Shown: positions 39,734 to 50,116 of the stretch, piece by piece
How positions within the stretch are numbered: position 1 is the stretch's first letter
Layout of the letters: the number at the start of each line of letters is the position of its first letter
NCBI GenBank assembly: GCA_023254095.1
Contig: JALNLM010000003.1
Span: 89,133 to 153,132, forward strand
Length of the DNA: 64,000 bases
Reading direction: 5' to 3'
DNA from: Candidatus Geocrenenecus huangii
Lineage (GTDB): Archaea > Thermoproteota > Nitrososphaeria_A > Caldarchaeales > Wolframiiraptoraceae
Translations under genes and position numbers: made by a program
The notes under the pieces: model-generated
The model's database searches: none
The model's input: only the letters and a program-made list of their open reading frames with translations
Told to the model about the DNA's origin: nothing

Positions 39734-40540
39734 TTGTCCAGTGATTTAAGATTTGATTTTGAAGAAGCTGTTAAGGAGATAGTCTATTTTATCCAAAAAA
39801 TTGTAGGAGGTAAAGACGTAGTGATCGGGTTGAGCGGCGGTTTGGATAGTAGTATTACAGCCACTCTGCTTGTTGAAGCGTTAAGCTCCAAGAAGGTTCA
39901 TGGATTAATTATGCCTACATTCTTTACTCCTCCTGAAGATGTTGAAGATGCAACGTGGTTAGCTAACCATCTTAACATAGACTGTAAGATTATCCCGATA
40001 GATCGAGTAGTCGATAGTTATGCGAACCTACTGGATCTAAATCCTGACGATGAAAGGTACAGGATGCCTTTCGGTAATCTGAGAGCAAGGATTAGGATGA
40101 GTCTTCTATATTTTTATGCAAACCTTATAGATGGACTAGTAGCTGGAACAGGAGATAAAAGCGAGATCTTGATAGGATACTATACGAAGTATGGAGATGG
40201 TGGAGCCGATTTCCTACCTATCGCACATCTATACAAGACGCAGTTACGTGAACTAGGAGCGTACATGGGTCTCCCGAAGAGGATATATGCTAAACCCTCA
40301 GCTCCGAGACTCTTCCCAGGTCATACAGCATTAAGCGAGCTCCCAATAGACTACAGTAAACTAGACATACTATTGTTTAATATTTTTGATAAAGGATTAG
40401 GGGTGGAGGAGGCTGCAGATAAAGCAGAACTACCTGTTGATGTGGCTGTATGGGTTTGTAGAAGATATCATGCAACTGAACATAAAAGAAAGATGCCCCC
40501 CTCACTCCTGGAGATAAAGCATATTCCACCCATTCTCTAG
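39734..40540 (+). CDS. nadE: NH3-dependent NAD+ synthetase
   Basis: It has the PP-loop SGGLDSS and the NadE fold motif GTGDKSEILIGYYTKYGDGGAD. It starts at a TTG. Confidence 0.85.
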   Translation: MSSDLRFDFEEAVKEIVYFIQKIVGGKDVVIGLSGGLDSSITATLLVEALSSKKVHGLIMPTFFTPPEDVEDATWLANHLNIDCKIIPIDRVVDSYANLLDLNPDDERYRMPFGNLRARIRMSLLYFYANLIDGLVAGTGDKSEILIGYYTKYGDGGADFLPIAHLYKTQLRELGAYMGLPKRIYAKPSAPRLFPGHTALSELPIDYSKLDILLFNIFDKGLGVEEAADKAELPVDVAVWVCRRYHATEHKRKMPPSLLEIKHIPPIL

Positions 40541-40590
40541 AGACTAAGATATATTTTCTGCTTTAGGTTTCGTAAATAAAATATGGATGG

Positions 40591-41052
40591 TCACTTAGGT
40601 TTTCTGAATTGCAGTATTGTTTGATAATCTTCTTCGCTTATTCTTATTATGCTTCCACGGAAAGGCGTTTTCAGATGACGCCGAGCCTTCAATATAGATA
40701 GCTTTTCTGCTACTTCTTCTAAAGTTATGGGTTTATCCCATGCTTCTGCTTCTGAGAAATTGACTGAGTAGTCGAATGCTTCTGAAGGCATACCAATTAT
40801 ATGGAATCTCTGCTCCGGAGTCATAGGATGGGGTTCTGTAGCTACTATGCCGCATCCCTTAAATCCTCTTTCATCTTTTCCAGTTACATAGAAGAGTACA
40901 CGGTCTCCAGGCTTAATATTATTAACATTTCTCGTACGTGAGTTTAGAGACCAGAACTTGTTCTTAACACGGTCTTTCAGAACTTCTCCAGCTGGTATAA
41001 TTCTATCCATCAATCTATGATCTTTTACAACCAGTATCCAGTAAGATACCAT
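40591..41052 (-). CDS. PUA-like (EVE/ASCH-type) domain protein
   Basis: It has an N-terminal SYWILVVKD motif, and IKPGDRVLFYVTG...GCGIVATEP matches the EVE/PUA-like beta-barrel pattern. Confidence 0.45.
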   Translation of the reverse strand: MVSYWILVVKDHRLMDRIIPAGEVLKDRVKNKFWSLNSRTRNVNNIKPGDRVLFYVTGKDERGFKGCGIVATEPHPMTPEQRFHIIGMPSEAFDYSVNFSEAEAWDKPITLEEVAEKLSILKARRHLKTPFRGSIIRISEEDYQTILQFRKPK

Positions 41053-41345
41053 GTCCGTAAAAATGTTCTTTAATCATCTATAAATCTATTCCTTTTATCT
41101 CCAAGAAGATAGAACAGCATGATTATGAGAGTAAGACTTCGAGATGAGTCTGAAGATCTCATTAAATCTGTTATGTCATGCCAAGTCATAGAAGAGGTCT
41201 ACTGGAGTCTTATACGTCGGCAATCATGAAGGCGACTGTATATAAAGGACAACTATATGAAGTATTTATTTTCTAGAAGATGTTTAACACTATCTTAGAG
41301 ACGTTTATGAAGGTTATATTCTAATTCTTCAACACTCTAATAGGA

Positions 41346-42281
41346 ATGATTCAATCATTTATAAGAAGTGAGCTAAGAGATTATTTGATTAAGATACCTA
41401 ACCTAGATCTTGATCTATTGTTCGATTGTTGGAGTAAACCTCTTCCCGAAGGTTTCAGAGTTAATACTTTGAAGCTGCCAGAAGAATACATACTAGAGAG
41501 GTTGAGGGAGAAGAACACTGTTTTTAGGAAGATTTCATGGGCTAGGTATGGCTATATCTTGGAGACCGAGTTCCAGCTTGGGACTATGATAGAGCATATG
41601 CTTGGGTTAATCTATCTTCAAGGCCCAGTATCCATGGCTCCGGTGGAAGCTCTAGATCCGAGTCCCGGCGACATAATACTTGATATGTGTGCAGCACCTG
41701 GAAGTAAAAGCACCCAAATATCTCAGCTACTTCAAGGTAGAGGTGTCCTCGTTGCAAATGACCCAATAATAGATAGATGTAAAGCACTATCGTCGAATCT
41801 TCAAAAATTTGGAGTATACAATGTAGTAATAACTACTCTGGATGGAAGGGTTTTCCCAAAGATGGTTGGAGAATTCTTCGATAAAGTTCTCGTAGATGCA
41901 CCTTGCAGTTCACTAGGAATTGTGAGTAAAGACTGGCGGATAGTGAAGAACTGGTCCATGGATAACGTATACAGGTTATCTAGACTGCAGCTACAACTTC
42001 TTAGGTCGGCATTTGATTGTTTAAAGCCTGGTGGAGCTCTAGTCTACTCTACATGTACTTTAACCATCGAAGAAAATGAGCTTGTCGTCCACAACCTACT
42101 TGAATCTAGAGATAATGCGTATATTGAAGAGATCAAGTTAGATGGTTTAAGATATGAAGAAGGATTAACAGAGTGGAATAACTTGAGGCTTAATGAAGAA
42201 TTATTGAAGAGCCTAAGAATATATCCATATCATAACAGTGCTGAAGGCTTTTATATTGTAAAGATCAGGAAAAGCGGTTGA
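41346..42281 (+). CDS. NOP2/Sun (RsmB/Trm4-like) RNA cytosine-C5 methyltransferase
   Basis: It has the SAM motif DMCAAPGSKSTQI, the catalytic motifs DAPCSSLG (motif IV Cys) and TCTL (motif VI Cys), and a C-terminal GFYIVKIRK. Confidence 0.8.
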   Translation: MIQSFIRSELRDYLIKIPNLDLDLLFDCWSKPLPEGFRVNTLKLPEEYILERLREKNTVFRKISWARYGYILETEFQLGTMIEHMLGLIYLQGPVSMAPVEALDPSPGDIILDMCAAPGSKSTQISQLLQGRGVLVANDPIIDRCKALSSNLQKFGVYNVVITTLDGRVFPKMVGEFFDKVLVDAPCSSLGIVSKDWRIVKNWSMDNVYRLSRLQLQLLRSAFDCLKPGGALVYSTCTLTIEENELVVHNLLESRDNAYIEEIKLDGLRYEEGLTEWNNLRLNEELLKSLRIYPYHNSAEGFYIVKIRKSG

Positions 42282-42285
42282 GAAA

Positions 42286-42744
42286 ATGAGGATCCTAGAT
42301 CATTCTAGTAGAAAAATACTAGAGAAACTACTTTACGACCAGCATGGAGTTAGAGACGCTTTTAGAGAATTCGTCTTGGTCATGGGCGGGGATGGGAAGA
42401 TAAGAGCAACAACTCTTGAAACGGTCGAGGTCGCTGGAAAGATTAGAAAAGTCTTGCAGATTGGATTATATGTTGCAAAATATAGAAAGAGCAAAAATGA
42501 AGTCTTCCTATCTATTGATGGAAGTCAACTGCTGAATGACCAGCTAACCAAGAATGTGGTAGAATTAAGTGAAGAAGAATGTAGAGAATGGATGCGTGGG
42601 GCACCCGTAAAACTATCTACCGACTCTTATGGCAAATACGTTGTAGGCAAGATAGAGAAGATTTATCTTGGATCTGCAAGAGTCTCGAGAGACGGTAAAG
42701 CTTATCCTCAGGTCGCGGCATGGAGAAGAATTCCTGAAGAATAA
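42286..42744 (+). CDS. Hypothetical protein, possibly a PUA-like RNA-binding partner of the methyltransferase
   Basis: 152 aa located 4 nt downstream of the NSUN gene, so likely translationally coupled. It has the C-terminal YGKYVVGKIEKIYLGSARV beta-strand pattern. Confidence 0.25.
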   Translation: MRILDHSSRKILEKLLYDQHGVRDAFREFVLVMGGDGKIRATTLETVEVAGKIRKVLQIGLYVAKYRKSKNEVFLSIDGSQLLNDQLTKNVVELSEEECREWMRGAPVKLSTDSYGKYVVGKIEKIYLGSARVSRDGKAYPQVAAWRRIPEE

Positions 42745-42772
42745 TATGGTTGATTAGCTGAAGATTATGTCA

Positions 42773-45019
42773 CTATGAGGGATTCAGTTCTACCGAGAGC
42801 TTATATGGAACGTATCTACTAGTATAATATAGTGCGTATCCTCTTGTTAAGCCCATGCCGTAAAATTCTCTAGATTCCACATAGAGTTGAGTCGCGGGGG
42901 TAGTCCATCCATCTACGAAATCGAATATATATAAACTGAACAAAACCTTCTTCCTACCGTCTTCACCTATTCTCAGTAGTAGTTCATTAACATAGTTCTT
43001 ATAGTCTGTTAGGGTTGTGTTGTCGGTTCGAGCATAATATATTGTGTAGACCCATGGAGCAGTTTTCAGGACAACATAATCGGATGATTCTATGAGTTTT
43101 ATAGTTTCTTCTATACAGTATGTTGATTCCGGACCTTCGACGAATACTAGTTTTCCTCTATTTCTTAGTTCTTTGATGAGTGGAAGAATGTGGGATGTGC
43201 CTCGAATATTTTCTTTCCATCCGCTCCAACCCATCAAATATACGCCGTCAAAATTCATATCTCTTATTAGTCTAGTGATCTTTTCAGCAAAATATTCTGA
43301 GTAGAGGCGTGAACTGACATTATCGATTTCGATCGTGTTATTGAATAAGAGTATGCCCGATTCACTGATTACTTCTGGATGATTTTTAACCCAATCCGTA
43401 GAATATCCTTGTACACTGTAATGTGGCTTAATTTTTTCAATCTTGAGATAGACTCCTAACAATACTTTCACATTTCTAGAATGAAGTTCATTGATTAACC
43501 ATATGACGTCGCCTACTGTCCACTTGTTTGAGCCTGTCCGAAATCTAGTATACTCTGTTATATCATTGCCATAATCGAGTTTATCGTAAGTGTTTACGAA
43601 GTCTGGAGACCAAGTTAAGACAACATAATTTACATCATAGTGTTTAAGATACGAGTCGACACTTACACTATTTCTAGGAATAAAAGCTGAGTCAACACTT
43701 TCAGGGATGCCTATTCTAATATCTGTTCTCGGTAGAACTACGCCGGTGGGGGTAGCCATTATTGATAGCACCAAAAGAAATGATACTATAATCCCTATTA
43801 TACCCCATCTGCTAGTAATTAGCTTAAATTCTAACATTCCGAGATTGAGTAAATCAAGCATTAATCTAACCATGAATATTCCACCTAACACTGAGCTGAC
43901 CACGAGCGTCACAGCTCCAATCCCGAAGTCATAAGTGTCAGGTGTGTAGATCTTTCCTATGTAATCTATGCTGTAATTTGACAGTATCGTTACAGAAGAA
44001 GCTAGCCAGATAACCCCAGTCACCATGAATTGCGTAAACTTATATAATGTTTCTCTACTTCCAGTGAATCCATAATATAGTAAAATCAGTGGAATGAACG
44101 TTAACGTATGCTGTATATTGACTTTCGGCGACATAGCTATGAATGTTAATACGGTTGCTCCGAGAATTCTAATATACTCATTAACATTATTTGGGAATTT
44201 TCTAAATGAAGCGGCCAAGGCCACAACATAGACTACTATAGGGACGAACCAGAAGATGGATGTATTAATTACCGTAGATAAAGCTGTCCAGTAAGTAAAT
44301 GTTCCTACACTTTCTGCATGCTGGAGTATGTGCGTTAAGTATTGGAGGGGTGTGCTTAGGAAGGGTAGCGATATAAGTAGGAAGACGATGAGCGGTGCCA
44401 CCAAAAGATTCAGCAAGATTTTCTTCTTGTCTTCTTTCTCAAGTTTAATGAGATATACCAACGTGGGTGGAATAAGTAGGGCTGGCAGGATTTTAACAGC
44501 GATGCCTATGCCTGTTAGAACACCCGCAGTCATGTATTTTCTATCCAAGATTGATGAGAGAGATGCAACCATGAAGAGCACCGCTATAGAGTCGAACATG
44601 CCCCAGATGGATGAAACAAAGAACACGATTGGATTGAATAACCAGATAGATGTAAGGATTAATGATTTCTTCTCACCGTATCCAAGCTTCTTAACAATTC
44701 CATAGATGAGAAAACCCACTAGTATATCTGATATTATTATTGGCAATTTTATCATGAAAATAGTGAAGTACATGTTTTCAACTATTCTTCTAAGCATAGC
44801 TACGATGGCTAACCAGAAGAGCCATACGGGTGGATAAGCATAGAACCCCCAAGGATAATCAACTGGATTCTCCTTTAGATATATGTTTATGTTGGATAAC
44901 GCAAGTTCTCCTGATTTGATCCAGATATACATGTCCCATGGATGTCCAAAGAAAGGTGAAAAGACTAGACGTAGAATGAATGCTGATAAAAGTATCGCTG
45001 TAAGTCTTCGATTCACCAT
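42773..45019 (-). CDS. Large GT-C-fold-like membrane glycosyltransferase (PMT/ArnT/DUF2029-like N-terminal TM domain + ~350-aa C-terminal soluble domain)
   Basis: 748 aa with about 12 N-terminal TM helices, beginning HPWDMYIW...DYPWGFYAYPPVWLFW. No WWDYG motif was found, so it is not called AglB. Confidence 0.4.
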   Translation of the reverse strand: MVNRRLTAILLSAFILRLVFSPFFGHPWDMYIWIKSGELALSNINIYLKENPVDYPWGFYAYPPVWLFWLAIVAMLRRIVENMYFTIFMIKLPIIISDILVGFLIYGIVKKLGYGEKKSLILTSIWLFNPIVFFVSSIWGMFDSIAVLFMVASLSSILDRKYMTAGVLTGIGIAVKILPALLIPPTLVYLIKLEKEDKKKILLNLLVAPLIVFLLISLPFLSTPLQYLTHILQHAESVGTFTYWTALSTVINTSIFWFVPIVVYVVALAASFRKFPNNVNEYIRILGATVLTFIAMSPKVNIQHTLTFIPLILLYYGFTGSRETLYKFTQFMVTGVIWLASSVTILSNYSIDYIGKIYTPDTYDFGIGAVTLVVSSVLGGIFMVRLMLDLLNLGMLEFKLITSRWGIIGIIVSFLLVLSIMATPTGVVLPRTDIRIGIPESVDSAFIPRNSVSVDSYLKHYDVNYVVLTWSPDFVNTYDKLDYGNDITEYTRFRTGSNKWTVGDVIWLINELHSRNVKVLLGVYLKIEKIKPHYSVQGYSTDWVKNHPEVISESGILLFNNTIEIDNVSSRLYSEYFAEKITRLIRDMNFDGVYLMGWSGWKENIRGTSHILPLIKELRNRGKLVFVEGPESTYCIEETIKLIESSDYVVLKTAPWVYTIYYARTDNTTLTDYKNYVNELLLRIGEDGRKKVLFSLYIFDFVDGWTTPATQLYVESREFYGMGLTRGYALYYTSRYVPYKLSVELNPS

Positions 45020-45106
45020 ATCTAATCATTCTTAGACGATAGATATCTGATAAACATTATGTGGACATAATCTTTATAGTATAAGATATGGTATGAGTGT
45101 GAGACA

Positions 45107-45982
45107 ATGAAGGATGACGTTCTACGATTCTACCTTAAGAATAAAGTGAGCTTGTTCGGCGTTGGAGAAGACTACGAAAAAGCTGAATACATAGTATTTG
45201 GAGTCCCATTTGACTCTACTACTACTTTTATTCCAGGATGTAGATTCGGCCCATTCGCCATCCGGCTATTCTCGGAGAATATAGATCATCCAAACATAGA
45301 TGAAGCATATTCGAAGATTGCCGACCTAGGAGACCTGGCCCCTACACTTAGTGTTGAGTGGATGTTGAAGAGAGTCTACAGGGTAGTCAAGGAAATAATT
45401 GGATACCGTAAGAAGCCAATCATACTAGGCGGGGAACACACCTTAACACTCGGCTCAATAAAAGCTTACGCAGAATATGTTAAGCCCATGTTATTGGTCT
45501 TCGATGCGCATCTCGACTTACGCAGCGAGTTCATGGATACTAGAATAAATCACGCAACATGGCTTAGAAGATTATTGGAGAAGAGAGCTGATGAGAAGGT
45601 AGCGATAATAGGTTACAGAGATTTCTCCAGGGAAGAGTTGGAATACGCTAAAAAGAATATTGACTTACTCATCTCAACTCAAGACGTAGAAAGAGATGTG
45701 GATAAGGAATTAGATAGATTCAATGACTTAATAGAAAGCTCTGAGAAAGTATACGTTAGCATAGACCTAGATGTAATAGGTTTGGAGAATAACGTCGGTG
45801 TATCCAACCCATCACCGAATGGTTTAACTCTCCCACAGATAACTAATTTTTTCAAAAAGATACCTAGAGAAAAAATCGTCGGCCTAGATGTTACAGAAGT
45901 AAACCCATTGATCGATAAGGGAGCATCAGCATCTCATGCAGCCTACTTAATCTCCTACATTCTCTTCCATAAACAAGACTAA
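45107..45982 (+). CDS. speB: Agmatinase / arginase-family ureohydrolase
   Basis: It has the Mn-binding motifs GGEHTLTLG, DAHLDL and SIDLDV. Confidence 0.8.
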   Translation: MKDDVLRFYLKNKVSLFGVGEDYEKAEYIVFGVPFDSTTTFIPGCRFGPFAIRLFSENIDHPNIDEAYSKIADLGDLAPTLSVEWMLKRVYRVVKEIIGYRKKPIILGGEHTLTLGSIKAYAEYVKPMLLVFDAHLDLRSEFMDTRINHATWLRRLLEKRADEKVAIIGYRDFSREELEYAKKNIDLLISTQDVERDVDKELDRFNDLIESSEKVYVSIDLDVIGLENNVGVSNPSPNGLTLPQITNFFKKIPREKIVGLDVTEVNPLIDKGASASHAAYLISYILFHKQD

Positions 45983-46050
45983 GTATGATATAGCTATAAT
46001 CCAGCTGAGCTTGACGCAAAAATGTCCCGAGAATAAGGTGATCTAAACCT

Positions 46051-46602
46051 CTAGGAGGCGGGCTTCCTCAATGTTTCCAGTACTTTTCTTGAAATATCAT
46101 TTGGGACTCTATCTCTATTGGCTTCATTTAAAGTTATTAGGTTGCTACCTACCGTCTTCTTAACCTCATTGACTATTGGGTGAGACGCTCTATAATGGAC
46201 TGTCAGAATGGCTGGAATACTATGTGATAGAATCTTTTTAACTGCATTAATAAATTTGCTGCTGTAGAGTTCCATAGGTCCAACTTCATCAACGATTACT
46301 ACTTCCGCAAAGTTCAAGCCATTCAATATCCCGGCTACTCCTACGTTCTCCAGAATCTCTAGGTCTACGAAGTATTTTCCGACCCGATATGAAGTCGTGA
46401 AGTCTACGTGGGCCATTACTTCGCTTTCGCCGGTGGCTATTCTAGTTACCTTGAACCCCACACGTCTTCCGGAAACCCGTATCTCCTCAGTGTACATTCC
46501 ATCAACCTTTACATTCGACGATTCCAGTATGTTTTTTATCTTGAGTATGGCCGTAGTCTTACCGCATCCGGGTGGGCCTGTCAAGACATACAGGATTCTC
46601 AA
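46051..46602 (-). CDS. THEP1-type nucleoside triphosphatase (MJ1559 family)
   Basis: It has Walker A GPPGCGKTT at the N-terminus and Walker B-like VIVDEVGPMEL, in a 183-aa protein. Confidence 0.7.
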   Translation of the reverse strand: MRILYVLTGPPGCGKTTAILKIKNILESSNVKVDGMYTEEIRVSGRRVGFKVTRIATGESEVMAHVDFTTSYRVGKYFVDLEILENVGVAGILNGLNFAEVVIVDEVGPMELYSSKFINAVKKILSHSIPAILTVHYRASHPIVNEVKKTVGSNLITLNEANRDRVPNDISRKVLETLRKPAS

Positions 46603-47267
46603 TATACTTCACACCCATATTCTTCTAGTCTGGTCTGCATAACTTTATCGATTGTTTCCCAGCTACATCTAATGAATTCTCTTGCTATGCTTCCCGACGC
46701 CAATACCTCTCTTACAAATCTTCTAGTCTTAGGGTCATGTGGATAACCTGAGCCGAAATCTCCAAATCTATCTTTAAGCTTACTTATCTCTCTATCTCTG
46801 GTTACCTTAGCTATTATGGACGCTGCAGAAGCTACTGGATAGTTCTTGTCTGCTTTATGTTCTAGAACAAGGTGACATTCATGTTTAAGCATTTTAGATA
46901 TTAATGACTTGAGTTTTTCAGAATCTCTAAACGGCGAATCAATGTAGGCTATATCTGGTTTAAGCTCATCTATTATCTCTACGAATTTTTTTGCTTCCAG
47001 CTTGTTTATCCCCTCCATCTTGTTCTTTCTAGTCTCAGAGTCTACTTCCTTAGCAGTTAAAATTACTATCTTACATCGTATAGCTAACTTCAGAATCTCT
47101 TCATAAAGTCTTTCTCTTTCTTCTGGGCTGATTTCTTTCGAATCTCTAACTCCTAGTTTTACTAACCCTCCTACTCTGTCTTCATCTATCAAGATGCCCG
47201 CTATAACCATCGGTCCTATTACGGAGCCTCTCCCAGCTTCATCTATGCCGCAGACGGATCTACCCAT
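46599..47267 (-). CDS. rnhB: Ribonuclease HII
   Basis: It has the N-terminal GIDEAGRGSVIGPMVIAG with catalytic DEA, and is 222 aa. Confidence 0.85.
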   Translation of the reverse strand: MGRSVCGIDEAGRGSVIGPMVIAGILIDEDRVGGLVKLGVRDSKEISPEERERLYEEILKLAIRCKIVILTAKEVDSETRKNKMEGINKLEAKKFVEIIDELKPDIAYIDSPFRDSEKLKSLISKMLKHECHLVLEHKADKNYPVASAASIIAKVTRDREISKLKDRFGDFGSGYPHDPKTRRFVREVLASGSIAREFIRCSWETIDKVMQTRLEEYGCEVY

Positions 47268-47268
47268 A

Positions 47269-48645
47269 TTACTTCAACATTAATTCCTCGTATCTCCTAA
47301 GCTCTTGTACGCTCCTCTTTATATCGCTGAATAGTTTTTTAGCCTCATAGACGTCTTCAACCCCTATTTCTTCCCTATTGTTCGCTTTCGCTATCTCCAT
47401 GCTCGGTCTAATAAGCTGTACAGCGTATCTAAGCGTTGACTCAACACCTATGTCTGTCAAGGCTTCTAATGCTTCATTCGATATCTTTACTTTTTCTTCA
47501 GCCGCTCTTATCTCTAGGATTTTCTTAATTTCATCTCTTGCATAGGGCCTGGTACTTATTATCAGTAATCTATCTAGGAGATCTAGGGGGATCCCGTGAG
47601 GAGATTCTATATCTGTTCCTCTGACTCTTGTTACTCCACGGTTGCTTGCAAATATTAGTATCGGTGCAAGCTCGCTCTCCATAGCTGCGTTTAAGAAAGA
47701 GAACGCTTCTACATCAAGTAAATGCACTTCATCTATGAACAGTACTCCTGGGATTATTTCCGCTGTCCCTTCTTCAAGCCTCTTCTTAACCATCTCGTCA
47801 ACTTCTTTCCTTATCTCAGAGTCTATCTCTTTAGTCGATGGCCCACCGAAGAGTAGACTGAATAAACTTCCTCCCCGATGCTGTGCAGATATCTGGTCTA
47901 GGTCGTGGAGCGTGAGAACATAGACGAATTCTTTATTCTTCTCTACTGGTCCACTAGGTCTAGGTACAGGCTTCTCATCCCATGAAGTTATCTCATATTT
48001 CTCGGTTGCTTCTTCTGATCTACCAAGCTTTGTCACTTTCCCCGTCTCCGCATCTATCATTATTATGTCGCCTATTGTTACTCCCTGTTGGATCATGTGA
48101 AGAGCGATGCTCTGACCCGCTCTGAACACCCTCTTATCATCCTTAGTTGCTAGACCGATAACCACGTGATCGGGAATTTCCTGGTATGGGTTGTAAGGAT
48201 GCTTTCTGGACTTTATATCTAGCTGAGTTACTTCACCCTCGTATACGTGCCTCTGCTCTCTCAATCTAACGCCTATCGCTTTCCTCATAGCTTGAGTGAG
48301 AACCTCAGTCTTCTTTAATTCCGACGAATAGATCTCGGAGCCGCTCAACGCAACGAATGGAACATCTTTACCAAGTTCCTTAGCAATACCATATGCGATA
48401 GCAGTCTTACCTGTACCGGGTGGACCAGCGAACAATACTGCTCTACCAGCCATCTTGCCCTCCTTGATCATCTTAACAACGATTCCAGCTGCTTCTCGAG
48501 CTTCGGTCTGTCCAACCAATCCATCAGCTATAGGTTTCGCTCTCAAACCATCAAGTCCGAGACCTTTAATGTGGGAATGTGCACCTATCCTCGTTATTCT
48601 TCTACCTGAATATTCTGTAATATCTGTCAACGCCATCCTACCCAC
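47269..48645 (-). CDS. TIP49 (RuvB-like 1/2, Pontin/Reptin) AAA+ ATPase
   Basis: It shows very strong similarity to eukaryotic RuvBL1. The matching blocks are HSHIKGLGLD, GRAVLFAGPPGTGKTA, the domain II OB-fold insert, GVLFIDEVHLLD and HGIPLDLLDRLLII. Confidence 0.85.
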   Translation of the reverse strand: MGRMALTDITEYSGRRITRIGAHSHIKGLGLDGLRAKPIADGLVGQTEAREAAGIVVKMIKEGKMAGRAVLFAGPPGTGKTAIAYGIAKELGKDVPFVALSGSEIYSSELKKTEVLTQAMRKAIGVRLREQRHVYEGEVTQLDIKSRKHPYNPYQEIPDHVVIGLATKDDKRVFRAGQSIALHMIQQGVTIGDIIMIDAETGKVTKLGRSEEATEKYEITSWDEKPVPRPSGPVEKNKEFVYVLTLHDLDQISAQHRGGSLFSLLFGGPSTKEIDSEIRKEVDEMVKKRLEEGTAEIIPGVLFIDEVHLLDVEAFSFLNAAMESELAPILIFASNRGVTRVRGTDIESPHGIPLDLLDRLLIISTRPYARDEIKKILEIRAAEEKVKISNEALEALTDIGVESTLRYAVQLIRPSMEIAKANNREEIGVEDVYEAKKLFSDIKRSVQELRRYEELMLK

Positions 48646-48766
48646 CCCATCTTAGAGAAAATAGAAGTAAGATAAATCTCTCACTCTATTATGTTTTTCT
48701 TTTATTTTAAGGTAAACCGAACTAACATATAGAAAATATTAATAATCCTTTAATGAATGTGTAGAC

Positions 48767-49438
48767 ATGACTTCTATTAGATGGCTGGGCCACGCAGCCT
48801 TTGAGATAGAGATAGCGGGTAAGAGAGTTCTAGTAGACCCGTTTTTAAGCGGGAATCCATCTTCTCCCCTGAAGCCTGAAGATCTCCAACACATAGACGT
48901 TATTGTTATAACGCATGATCATGGAGACCATTTCGGCGATTCTGTGGAGATTGCGAAGAAACACAACTCTACAATTGTATCAATTTACGAGACAGCTAAT
49001 AAGGCAGGTGGTGAAGGTGTACAGAATTGTATCGGGATGAATATTGGTGGGACGGTTAAGATAGATGGGTTATCAATATCTCTGACGCCTGCACTTCATT
49101 CGTCGTCTTCTAATCCATGCGGGGCAATATTATCGGATGATAGAATCAGTGTATACCATGCAGGGGATACGACCGTATTCCACGATATGAAGCTTATCAG
49201 ACAATTATACAAACCTTCTATAGCTCTGTTGCCGATCGGCGGATTCTATACTATGGGACCCAGAGAAGCAGCATTTGCGACAGCTTTGATCAAGCCTAAA
49301 ATCGTTATTCCGATGCATTATAATACTTTCAATGTGATAAAACAGGACCCTGAAGAATTCAAGCGTGAGTTAAAGCGTATGAAAATCAGAGGGGTAAAAG
49401 CAGTTGTATTGAAGCCTGGGGAAGTATTCCAAGTCTAG
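48767..49438 (+). CDS. UPF0173-family metal-dependent hydrolase (metallo-beta-lactamase fold)
   Basis: The N-terminal IRWLGHAAFEIEIAGKRVLVDPFLSGNP and HDHGDHFGD match the UPF0173 pattern. Confidence 0.75.
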   Translation: MTSIRWLGHAAFEIEIAGKRVLVDPFLSGNPSSPLKPEDLQHIDVIVITHDHGDHFGDSVEIAKKHNSTIVSIYETANKAGGEGVQNCIGMNIGGTVKIDGLSISLTPALHSSSSNPCGAILSDDRISVYHAGDTTVFHDMKLIRQLYKPSIALLPIGGFYTMGPREAAFATALIKPKIVIPMHYNTFNVIKQDPEEFKRELKRMKIRGVKAVVLKPGEVFQV

Positions 49439-49464
49439 CAGAAGGATAACCATGGTCAGCTACT

Positions 49465-49926
49465 TCAGTATATTGGTGTAAGTATTGGCAAAACCTGTTT
49501 GGCTTTTCCGACACTCCTAATCCTATCTGATAGATGCCTAATTCTAGATGCCGCTCCTTTTACAATTATTACTAGTAGACAGTCTTCTTCCGTTAAATGT
49601 AGATGTAATGCTGATGGTATTATATCCATAAAATCATGTTGTACATCCGTCAAATCTTCTTCGAGACCTTTGACGTCATGAGAATAATGTACCATTATGA
49701 CGCCTGCTACGTTCTCTCTACCACTTAGCCTCCAGCTATTTACTGTTATGAAAGCTCTTATAGCCTCCTGTAAGCCTTGAGATCTTGAAGCGATGCCCAT
49801 CTCTCTTAATATCTTATCAAAGTTTTCTAGAAGCTCAGCGGGGAAAGATACGCCAGTCTTAACAGTAACTTTTCTATTCCTTGAAACTTTTCTCGCCGCT
49901 CCCATAGATTCCGATAACCTCTTCAA
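49465..49926 (-). CDS. nikR: NikR-family nickel-responsive transcriptional regulator (RHH + ACT-like metal-binding domain)
   Basis: It has the RHH segment VSFPAELLENFDKIL...SRSQGLQEAIRAFI and C-terminal VHYSHD...VQHD...HLHL...C metal-binding residues. Confidence 0.75.
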   Translation of the reverse strand: MKRLSESMGAARKVSRNRKVTVKTGVSFPAELLENFDKILREMGIASRSQGLQEAIRAFITVNSWRLSGRENVAGVIMVHYSHDVKGLEEDLTDVQHDFMDIIPSALHLHLTEEDCLLVIIVKGAASRIRHLSDRIRSVGKAKQVLPILTPIY

Positions 49927-50116
49927 GACATTAATCTAAGAATTGTCTTATATCTATTTTCTCCATAACTAACTGGGAGATGCTCTATTATAGCTCCAGC
50001 AATGTAACTTCTCTTAGAGATAACCATCATCTAGGTAATTTCCTGAATGATTCCATAAGAATAAGTTTTAGGGAAAAAATGGTACGATGCCAAGCATGTC
50101 TCAAGCTATTATTAGC

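Noticed and set aside
42773-45019. Possible oligosaccharyltransferase AglB/STT3
   Set aside because: It has a multi-TM N-terminus plus a soluble C-terminus, as AglB does. However no WWDYG motif or DxD/DK motif arrangement could be found, so only a generic GT-C-like call was made.
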